This document shows positions 11,746 to 20,000 of a stretch of DNA of 20,000 nucleotides, piece after piece. Origin of the DNA: Lama guanicoe. Its lineage: Eukaryota. Under the pieces are notes generated by a model. That model saw nothing but the letters and a program-made list of their open reading frames with translations. It had not been told where the DNA came from and did no database searches. The stretch's first letter is position 1. Each line of letters starts with the position of its first letter. Both the position numbers and the translations under genes were made by a program. The stretch covers positions 1,173,825 through 1,193,824 of the forward strand of contig MU054204.1 of the NCBI GenBank assembly GCA_013239625.1, given 5' to 3'.

Positions 11746-12175
11746 CTACACATATGTGTGTGTAAATTAAAAAGGTCAGTTACTAACACATGCCAACAAT
11801 ACAAATATACACAATACAGAGATACATTTGACTGTCAGTAAATCAAAACATATTTCTCCAATACTATTGGGTATAATTTTTCTTCATAAACTTACTTTTC
11901 CCACGGTGATGCTACTCCAAGGAAACTTACTAGCACTTTGGAAGCTATTTTAATCTATGTTGGGAGGGATGTGTGTGATCAGTTGTTAATAAGCATGAGA
12001 AGGAAGGCATCAGTTACATTCCCAGGGAATATAACAGCATCCATCCAGGCAACACCAGAACATCATCCATCTAGATTAGCGTTCTGTATCACACAGAAAA
12101 ACTTTCAAGGTGTATCTGTATTAGTTCCACAACTTTTCACAAAAATTAATTTCTACTAATAAAAAACATCAAATG

Positions 12176-12270
12176 TTTTATTTATTTATTAATGGAGGTA
12201 ATAGGGATTTACCCAGGACATTGTACATGTTAAGCACACACTCTACCACTGAGCTATACCACTCACTCCC
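12176..12270 (-). mobile_element. Short Vic-1-like SINE in intron 2, copy C
   Basis: ggaggtaatagggatttacccaggac..ctctaccactgagctatacc. Confidence 0.85.
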
Positions 12271-12301
12271 CACCCAAAAATCCAATTGTTAAAACACTTA
12301 C

Positions 12302-12393
12302 AACCACAGGCCCAACTGGATTGACAAATGCTTGATCATAACTTCTTTTCCTAGGTCTGTATGTTGACTTTACTCTCCGAAAGATATTTCCCA
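12302..12393 (-). CDS. Exon 2, copy C (ATG>ATC): VGNIFRRVKSTYRPRKRSYDQAFVNPVGPVV
   Basis: ttttcag|...|gtaagt, 92 nt, identical in sequence to copy B. Confidence 0.8.
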
Positions 12394-12689
12394 CTGAAAA
12401 TAAAATATTGTGCTTTGGAAAATGCATTTAAGAGGATAATTATATCTGAACACTTCCGTGGCCAAATGGTGATGCACACAAATTTTTGAATTTTGAAAAT
12501 AAGTCTCAAGGTAATTTAATTGTGTGTGCTTTGCAATCACACCACATCTGGCAACTTGCAAAAGCAATAGTTTATGTCATGCCCAAGCTGACAGAAAAAT
12601 CACCATAAGGCACATGGGAAAAGACAAGAACACGTTTCTGAAAGGGTTGGGTTTCACAATGTGATTCACCATTATGGAGATATTTAAGA

Positions 12690-13497
12690 AAATACCACTA
12701 CAGTAAATGGCTATTTATCAAAAAGTGGAAAGACAGCAAGTATTGGGGAGGATGTGGAAAAAGGAAACCCTTGCCCACTGTTGCTGGGAATGTAAATTGC
12801 TACAACCACTGTGGAAACAGTAGAGGTGTCTCAAAAAAATACAAATAGAACTACCATAATGCCTTAGCAATTCCACTCCTGAGTATCTATTGAAAAGAAA
12901 GAAAACCACTAATTCAAGAACATACGTGCACCCCAATGTTCATACCAGCAATACTTACAACTGCCAAAATATGGAAGCTACCTCAATGTTATCGACAGAC
13001 AAAGGGATAAAGAAGATGTGGTGTATGTATATATATAGACAATGGAATACTACTCATCAATAAAAAATGAAATAATGTCATATGCAGCAACATAGATGGC
13101 CCAGGAGAATGTCATTCCAAGTGAAGTAAGCCAGAAACAGAAAGAAAAATATAATATGATATCACTGATATGTGGAATCTTTTTAAAATGACATAAATGA
13201 GCTTATTTACAAAACAAAAACAGACTCACAGACATAGAAAACAAACATATGGTTACCATGGGGAAAGGCGAGGTGGAGGGATAAACTGGGAGTTCTGGAT
13301 TTGCAGATAGTAACTACTATATGTAAATAAAGCAGGTAAACAAGGTCCTACTGTACAGCACAGGGAACTATACTCAATACTTTGTAATAGCCTATAATGA
13401 AAACATATGAAAACGTATATACATAATTGAATAACTATATTTATACCAGAAATTAGCACAACATTGCAAATCGACTACATTTCAATTAAAAAAATTA
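12690..13497 (+). mobile_element. Chimeric L1 3' fragment at the C/B repeat junction
   Basis: 5' part matches the 17990-18370 L1; 3' part matches the 10320-10747 L1. Confidence 0.85.
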
Positions 13498-14366
13498 AAG
13501 CTATATAAGGTCCAAACGTCCTGTATGCAACATTCCACAAATGAAATGCATTTAGAAAAATGTACCAAAATTAATACCAAAATTATTTATGAATATCAGC
13601 AAATACACTGTCTAGCAGTGAGCATAAAGGTAATGGGGTAGAAAGAAATGAACCGACATTGTTGTAAGTTACAATCTGGAATCCTTTAAGAGTGGCCTGA
13701 GTTATAGAAATGTTTTGTTTCAAAATACTAGATGTCCAAGAAAAATAATTTGTCTCATGTTACTCTTAGAATAATTGACCTGTGGATTTTTCCTACCATA
13801 AAGGATATGACAACCATTTAAAAGGTGCATTAAAGTCATATAAAACCAGCTACTTGTATGCAAGTATCCTAAATTATCCAGCATTTATCAAACTTACCAT
13901 ATAAAAATTTCAATTAAAGAGACAGGAGCCATCACTCATGCCTCATTTCAGAACTCTCTATCATACACCATTAACTATCAACTCTTGCACCAAAACTGAG
14001 CTAAATTATACTACAGACATTTGAGTTATAAACAAACTCATTCAACTTTTTTTTTCAGGAAAACAGGTGGCAAGAAGACACAAACTTTGGCATGAAATAC
14101 AACTGCTCTCTGATAAAAACAATCCGTGTGCCTCAGTTTTCTCATTTATAAAGGGGGGGGCAATTTATTTTAGTGAAGGATTATCCTAAGCTGCAAACTA
14201 CACTCTTTTCACTTTTCCAGTCAGTTCTCCAGCAGTGTTTGAGATCCCTTCTGCTGTTTTCTTTCCTTCTGTTATTGGCATATCAACATGCATGAGACAT
14301 ATGCATACACACACACACACAAACACACACCCCCACAAGAGGCATTCCTCTTCCCTTTCCCTTCAC

Positions 14367-14469
14367 CTTCCACTGCAGATGCTTCTTCATCTTCTTTTGC
14401 TTCACCAGGTCTAATGTCCTGACTTGTAGTTGGTGGCTCCCATTCTTGAGGTTGCTTATCACCGTGGGC
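14367..14469 (-). CDS. Exon 3, copy B: AHGDKQPQEWEPPTTSQDIRPGEAKEDEEASAVE(+G)
   Basis: gtgtag|GCCCAC...GTGGAAG|gtgaag, 103 nt, open frame. Confidence 0.82.
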
Positions 14470-14896
14470 CTACACATATTTGTGTGTAAATTAAAGTTTT
14501 GTTACTAACACATGCCAACAATATAAATATACGCAATACACAGATATATTTACTATCAGTAAATCGAAATATATTTCTCCAATACTATTGGGTATAATTT
14601 TTCTTCATAAACTTACTTTTCCCACGGTGATGCTACTCCAAGGAATGTTACTAGCATTTTGGAAGCTATTTTAATCTATGTTGGGAGGGATGTGTGCAAT
14701 CGGTTGTTAATAAGCATGAGAAGGAAGTCATCAGTTATATTCCCTGGGAATATAACAGCATTCATCTAGGCAACACCAGAACATCATCCATCTAGATCAG
14801 CGTTCTGTATCATGTAGAAAAACTTTCAAGGTGTATCTGTATTAGTTCCACAACTTTTCACAAAAATTAATTTCTACTAATAAAAAACATCAAATG

Positions 14897-14993
14897 TTTT
14901 ATTTATTTATTAATGGAGGTAATAGGGATTTACCCAGGACATTGTACATGTTAAGCACACACTCTACCACTGAGCTATACCACTCCTGCCCCC
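14897..14993 (-). mobile_element. Short Vic-1-like SINE in intron 2, copy B
   Basis: Same element at the same position in the repeat unit. Confidence 0.85.
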
Positions 14994-15020
14994 AAAATAA
15001 CCAATTGTCAAAACACTTAC

Positions 15021-15112
15021 AACCACAGGCCCAACTGGATTGACAAATGCTTGATCATAACTTCTTTTCCTAGGTCTGTATGTTGACTTTACTCTCCGAA
15101 AGATATTTCCCA
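15021..15112 (-). CDS. Exon 2, copy B (ATG>ATC, read through in frame): VGNIFRRVKSTYRPRKRSYDQAFVNPVGPVV
   Basis: ttttcag|TGGGAAATATC...GTGGTT|gtaagt, 92 nt. Entering in phase 1 from exon 3A keeps the frame open. STYRPR resembles the GAGE N-terminal motif. Confidence 0.8.
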
Positions 15113-15407
15113 CTGAAAATAAAATATTGTGCTTTGGAAAATACATTTAAGAGGATAACTATATTTGAATACTTCTGTGGCAAACAGGTGATGCACACTA
15201 ATTTTTGAAATTGGAAAATAAGTCTCAAGGTAATTTAATTGTGTGTGCTTTCCAATCACACCACATCTGGCAACTTGCAAAGCAATAGTTTATGTCATGC
15301 CCAAGCTGACAGAAAAATCACCATAAGACACATGGGAAAACACAAGAACACGTTTCTGAAAGGGTTGGGTTTCACGTGATTCACCATCATGGAGATATTT
15401 AAGAAAA

Positions 15408-16030
15408 TACTACTAGAGAAAATGGCTATTAACCAAAAGTCAGAAGACAACATGTCTTGGAGAAGATGTGGAAAAAAGGAAACTCTTTTCAACTGTTGCT
15501 GGGAATGTAAATTGCTGCAGCCACTGTGGAAACTGTAGAGGTGTCTTAAAAAATATACACACACAGACACACAGTGGAAAACTACTCAGCATTAAGAAAT
15601 GAAATAATGTCATATGCAGCAACACAGATGGCCCTGGAGAATGTCATTCCAAGTGAAGTAAGCCAGAAAGAGAAAAAAATACCATACAATATCACTTTTA
15701 TACGGAATCTTAAAAAATAACACAAATGTGCTTATTTACAAAACAGAAACTGACTCACAGACATAGAACACAAACTTATGATTTCCATAGGGAAAGACGA
15801 GGTGGAGGGATACACTGGGAGTTCTGGATTTGCAGACAGTAACTACTATATATAAATGAAACAGATGAACAAGGTCCTAATGTGCAGCACAAGCAACTAT
15901 ATTCAATGTTTGTAACAGTCTTTAACTAAAAAATATGAAAATTTATATATGTAACTATATTCATCACTAGGCTTTACACCACAAATTAACACAACTTTGC
16001 AAATCGATTACACTTCAATTAAAAAGAAAA
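15408..16030 (+). mobile_element. Chimeric L1 3' fragment at the B/A repeat junction, with an internal deletion near 15555
   Basis: Same chimeric make-up; lacks the gaactaccat...gataaagaagat segment present at about 12845-13020. Confidence 0.85.
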
Positions 16031-16854
16031 ACTAACGCTATATTTAGGTCCAAAGGTCCTGTATGCAACATTCCACAAATGACACCCATGTAGAAGAAAG
16101 TACCAAAATTAGTACCAAAATTATTTATGAATAACAGAAAATGTACTGTCTAGCAGTGAGCATAAAGGAAATCAGGTAGAAAGAAATGAATCAGCATTGT
16201 TGTGAGTTACAGTCTGGAATCCTTTAACAGTGGCAGGAATTATGTAAATGTTTTGTTTCAAAATACTAGGTATCCAGGAAAAATAATTTGTCTCATGGTA
16301 ATCTTAAAATAATTAATCTTTTGATTTTTCTGGCCATAGAAGTATATACCCACCTTTTAAAAGCTGCATTAATTTCATATAAAAGCAGCTACTTGTATGC
16401 CAGTATCCTGAATTACCCAGCTTTTATCTAATTTACCATTTAAAAATATCAATTAACAGTGGCCATCATTCATGATTCATTTCTGAAGTCTCCATCCTAC
16501 CCCACTGACCTATCAACTCTTGGGCCAAAACGGAGCTAAATTATAGTACACACATTTGAGTTTTAAGCAAAATCATTCACCTTTTTTTTACACTGACATA
16601 GGTTGCAGGAAGACACAAACTTTGGAATGAAATACGAATTTTGTCATCAATAATCAAGTGCTCTCTAATAAACATGATCCCTGAGCTTCACTTTTTGAAT
16701 TTAAACAATGGGTAAATTTATTCCTGTGAAGGATTGCCTGAAGCTGCAAACTACACTCTCTTCAATTTTCCAGCCAATTCTCAGGCAGTGTTTGAGATAC
16801 ATTTCTGCTGTTTTCTTTCTTTCTCTTACTGGCATATCATTATGTATGAGAAAT

Positions 16855-16866
16855 ACACATACACAA

Positions 16867-16902
<36 letters not shown>
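16855..16902 (+). repeat. Imperfect (CA)n microsatellite about 35 nt into intron 3 (paralogous tracts at about 11565-11607 and 14305-14331)
   Basis: Directly visible; length differs between the three units. Confidence 0.9.
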
Positions 16903-16903
<1 letters not shown>

Positions 16904-16936
16904 GCCAAGAGGCATTCCTTTTCCGTTTCCCTTCAC

Positions 16937-17039
16937 CTTGAAATGCAGATGCTCCTTCATCCTTTTCCTCTTCACCAGGTCTAATGTCCTGACTTGTAGT
17001 TGGTGGCTCCGATTCTTCAGGTTGCTTATCACCGTGGGC
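16937..17039 (-). CDS. Exon 3, copy A: AHGDKQPEESEPPTTSQDIRPGEEEKDEGASAFQ(+G)
   Basis: gtgtag|GCCCAC...TTTCAAG|gtgaag, 103 nt, open frame, PAGE-type EPPTxSQD motif. Confidence 0.88.
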
Positions 17040-17468
17040 CTACACACATGTGTGTGCAAATAAAAAGTTTTGTTACCATTACATGTCAACGAAATAAATA
17101 TACAGAATACAGAGATATATTTGACTATAAGCAAATCTAATATTACTTCTTCAATACTAGTTTGTATACTTACTTTTAATAAACTTACTTTTCCAACAGA
17201 GACACTAGTCTAAGAAAAGTTACAAGGATTTTGGAAGATATTTTACCCAATGTTGGGATACATGTGTGCAATTGGTTATTAATAAAAATGAGTGGGAAGT
17301 CATCACTTCTACTCCCAGGGAATATAACAGCATCCATCAAGACAACACCAGAATATCATCCTCCTGGATCAACATTCTGTATCACACAGAAGAACTTTCA
17401 AAGTGCATGTGTATTAGTTGAACATCTTTTCACAAAAAATTATTTCTACTAATAAAAAACATCAAATG

Positions 17469-17561
17469 TTCATTCATTTATTCATGGAAGTACTGGGGAT
17501 TGAACCCAGGACATTGTACATATTAATTACCCACTCTACCACTGAGCTGTACCCCTCCCCC
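17469..17561 (-). mobile_element. Short Vic-1-like SINE in intron 2, copy A
   Basis: gtactggggattgaacccaggac..ctctaccactgagctgtacccctcccc. Confidence 0.85.
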
Positions 17562-17588
17562 ACCAAAAAAAAGTGTTAAAACACTTAC

Positions 17589-17672
17589 AACCACAGGCTC
17601 AACAGGATTGTCACAATCTTCATCATAACCTCTTTCCTTACATTTGTACGTTGACTTTATGTTCCAACTCAT
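17589..17672 (-). CDS. Exon 2, copy A (initiating coding exon; whole exon 17589-17680): MSWNIKSTYKCKERGYDEDCDNPVEPVV
   Basis: Minus strand ttttcag|TGGGAAAC ATG AGT TGG ... GTG GTT|gtaagt. 8-nt 5'UTR plus 84 coding nt, phase 0 end. The MSW start is typical of GAGE/XAGE proteins. Confidence 0.88.
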
Positions 17673-17989
17673 GTTTCCCACTGAAAATAAAATATTGTGA
17701 TTTGGAAAATGCATTTAGTAGAATAAATATACTTGAACACCTCTGTGCCCAAATGGTGATGTACACTGATTCTTGAATATTGAAAATAGTTTGAAAATAA
17801 ATCTCAAAGTAATTTTATTCTGTGTGCTTTCCAATCACACAAAATGTGGAAACTTGCAAAAGCAATTGTTTATGTCATGCCCAAGCTGACAGGAAAATCA
17901 ACATAAGGCACCTGGGAAGAGAAGAGCACATTTCTGAAAGAGTTTCCTTTCACAAGTTGATTTACCATCACAGAGATATTTATGAACAT

Positions 17990-18795
17990 ATCACTAGAGA
18001 AAACGGCTATTATCAAAAAGTCAAAAGACAACATGTATTGGGGAGGATGTGGAAAAAAGGAAACCCTTGCCCACTGTGGTTAGGAATGTAAATTGCTGCG
18101 GCCACTGTGGAAACCGTAGAGGTGTCTCAAAAAACTAAAAATAGAACTACGACAATGACTTAGCAATTCGAATCCTGAATATCTATCCAAAAGAAATAAA
18201 AACACTATTTCAAAAAGACACATGCACCAAAATGTTCATACCAATACTATTTACAACTGCCAAGATATGGAAGCAAGCTAAATGTCCATCAACAGACAAA
18301 GGGATAAAGAAGATATTGGTATACACACACACAAACACACACACACATACACAATGCAATACTACTCAGACATGAAGAAGAATGAAACTTTGCCATTTGC
18401 AGTAATATAGATGGGCTTGCACATGTTACGCTAAGTGAAATAAGTTAAACAATGAAAGATAAATCCTGTATGATATCGCTTACATGTGGAATCTAGAAAA
18501 TAGAACGACTCAATATAAAAAGAACACTATATTCACCAAAATAGAGAAAAACTCGTGGTTACTAGTGCAGAGAAGGAGTGGTAGATGGGCAAGGTACAGC
18601 GGGAGGAGTAAGAGCTACAAATTATTAGCTATAAAATAAGCTACAAGGACATATTGCACAACACGAGGAATACAGTCAATGTTCTATAATAACTTTAAAT
18701 ACACTATAAATTTTACAAATATGCTTGACTATATTTTACACCGATAACTTAGCAAATACTTGCATCCCCTATGCTTATATTCAAAGAAAAAGAAA
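17990..18795 (+). mobile_element. Older L1 3' fragment (L1MA9-like 3'UTR) in intron 1
   Basis: ORF2-end motifs, then ataaaataagctacaaggacatattgcacaacacgaggaata, a different 3'UTR type from the intron-3 L1. Subfamily name tentative. Confidence 0.8.
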
Positions 18796-18879
18796 TTACC
18801 ACTAGAGGATTAATACTTGAGTAACTACCATTTTTGGCACACTTTCATTTATTAAGGCCTTTCTCGGTCCCCCCTCAAT

Positions 18880-18985
18880 GACATTTTATTGAAACACAAA
18901 GCCACACTTGTTCTTTTTCTGCACTGAAACGGCAGGGTTGACTGGTGGCAATAAAAACTCTGTGTAGCACTGTCTTACCTGGCAC
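18880..18985. mobile_element. Possible MER58-like hAT DNA transposon remnant
   Basis: ttttattgaaacacaaagccacac..acggcagggttgactggtggcaa resembles the recalled MER58A core. Confidence 0.4.
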
Positions 18986-19029
18986 GATGCTCAGTGCACT
19001 ACAAATCTCAGGACACAGTCAAAACCACA

Positions 19030-19640
19030 CATCCGTCCGTTTCTAGGCTTTTTCTTTACCGTCACCTTGTCCCCTGTCCCTACCCAGGGGCCCCAGTGGC
19101 GACTTCGGATTCTCTGCACTGTCGGCAGTTTCAGTGTCTCCAGGACACAGATTCCACAAATAATGCCCTCAAGGCTCACCCCATCTTCACCCGACTCCCT
19201 GCCGTCCGCCTCCCACTGTCCCCCTGTTCCCACTGCCACCTGGACAGCCATGGCGGCAGTGACACCTGTGAGAAGGACGACGACCTCGAAAACCGTTCTC
19301 CTCCAAAGCCACAGATCGCACCGCCAGAAGCCCGCTGACTCCCACTCATACGCACGCACACTTAGACTCCCGGCAGGACGGATCTGTGACCTAACAGGTG
19401 ATTGCAGCTGAGTAAAAACAGCCCAGTCGGTGAGACTCCATTCACACAGCCCAGCACCCGCAACGCACTGCACACGCTGCACGGCGAGGGACGGGGAGGC
19501 GAGCAGTAACGAGCATGCGCACCATCTCCCTCTTGTGCCGCGTGGGCCGGTTTCCCCGCCCTCCACGGGACCCCACCAGGATTCCCGGATCTCTGCTCTG
19601 TGGACAGTTCCTGGTGCCTCCACGGCTCAGATAACTCAAA
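19030..19640 (-). promoter_or_regulatory. CpG/GC-rich promoter, exon 1 and 5' intron 1 region, with NRF1-like motif TGCGCATGCTC at 19511-19521
   Basis: Abrupt rise in GC and CpG versus the rest of the window, about 1.7 kb upstream of the ATG exon. The motif is one mismatch from the NRF1 palindrome TGCGCATGCGC. Confidence 0.7.
19395..19500 (-). other. Putative non-coding exon 1 (proximal copy; donor reads ctg|ttaggt)
   Basis: Lies in the CpG-rich zone just downstream of an NRF1-like motif. Aligns by eye with the copy at 19941-20000, which has ctg|gtaggt. TSS approximate. Confidence 0.55.
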
Positions 19641-19648
19641 TAACACCC

Positions 19649-19918
19649 NNNNNNNNNNNNNNNNNNNNNNNNNNNNNNNNNNNNNNNNNNNNNNNNNNNN
19701 NNNNNNNNNNNNNNNNNNNNNNNNNNNNNNNNNNNNNNNNNNNNNNNNNNNNNNNNNNNNNNNNNNNNNNNNNNNNNNNNNNNNNNNNNNNNNNNNNNNN
19801 NNNNNNNNNNNNNNNNNNNNNNNNNNNNNNNNNNNNNNNNNNNNNNNNNNNNNNNNNNNNNNNNNNNNNNNNNNNNNNNNNNNNNNNNNNNNNNNNNNNN
19901 NNNNNNNNNNNNNNNNNN
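19649..19918. other. Assembly gap (270 N)
   Basis: Run of N. Confidence 1.
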
Positions 19919-20000
19919 GCCCGGCAGGCCTGTGACCTACCAGGAGATCGCAGCCGAGTAGAAACAGCCTCCATTCGGACAGCCCGGCACCCAGAACGCG
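19919..20000 (-). other. Second, diverged copy of exon 1/intron 1 junction with intact donor (ctg|gtaggt, GT at 19940-19939)
   Basis: Plus strand ccggcagg..ctgtgacctaccaggagatcgcagccgagtagaaacagcc aligns with 19369-19423 ccggcagg..ctgtgacctaacaggtgattgcagctgagtaaaaacagcc. Confidence 0.7.

Larger units (their letters stand above)
10300..18370. repeat. Three-copy tandem segmental repeat (units approx. 10300-13060, 13060-15590, 15590-18370)
   Basis: Each unit contains L1 3' tail, unique intron, (CA)n, exon 3, SINE, exon 2 and an L1 piece. Exon 3 offsets are 2724 and 2570 bp; exon 2 offsets 2719 and 2568 bp. Confidence 0.95.
4450..19520 (-). other. GAGE/PAGE/XAGE-family (cancer/testis antigen-like) gene locus with triplicated exon 2-3 module; functional gene or recent pseudogene
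   Basis: Hand-spliced exons with AG/GT boundaries translate to MSW..STY..PVV / AHGDKQP.E.EPPT.SQDI.PG...DEGASA / GPVPEADQQE....TGCE / GEGKPQV*. Motifs, exon order and phases (0,1,1) match GAGE/PAGE/XAGE genes as recalled. Exact orthologue not assignable; outer boundaries approximate. Confidence 0.9.

Noticed and set aside
11367..11841. ORFs reading RPTVISNLKKGSHQLQLRTLDLVKQKKMKEHLQWK (also 14283-14477, 16826-17134) and the HTHT/VCVC ORFs
   Set aside because: Wrong-frame or antisense readings of exon 3 running into the (CA)n tract; the family-like frame is AHGDKQP.
10300..18370. Three separate tandem genes, or a pure assembly artefact
   Set aside because: Units lack exons 1, 4 and 5 and two lack ATG, so they are not whole genes. 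They differ by many substitutions and indels, so they are not duplicated reads.
18991..19623. 210-aa minus-strand ORF and overlapping ORFs in the GC-rich region
   Set aside because: Non-ATG start, no recognisable domain, several frames open simply because of high GC; it spans promoter, exon 1 and intron 1.

Overview
AT-rich, repeat-dense mammalian genomic DNA, not prokaryotic. The tRNA-derived SINEs resemble the camelid Vic-1 family, so the source is probably alpaca, llama or camel; X linkage is inferred from the gene family. None of the supplied ORFs is a real gene. The minus strand carries a spliced GAGE/PAGE/XAGE-family (cancer/testis antigen-like) gene spanning about 19.5 kb to 4.45 kb. 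It has a CpG-rich non-coding exon 1, then the exon 2 (92 nt) + exon 3 (103 nt) pair in three tandem copies with 2.6-2.7 kb spacing, then single exons 4 and 5 with AATAAA. The pair is 195 nt (65 codons), so all copies splice in frame. Only the 5'-most copy keeps the ATG (ATC in the other two), predicting a 227-aa protein with a triplicated N-terminal module. The duplication junctions are chimeric L1 elements, pointing to L1-L1 unequal recombination. Exon 4 has a +1 frameshift/stop and a GT>GA donor, and the proximal exon 1 donor is GT>TT, while a second exon-1 copy past the assembly gap has an intact donor. The locus is therefore either a remodelled gene or a young pseudogene. The rest is L1, L2, MIR, SINE, solo LTR and simple repeats.
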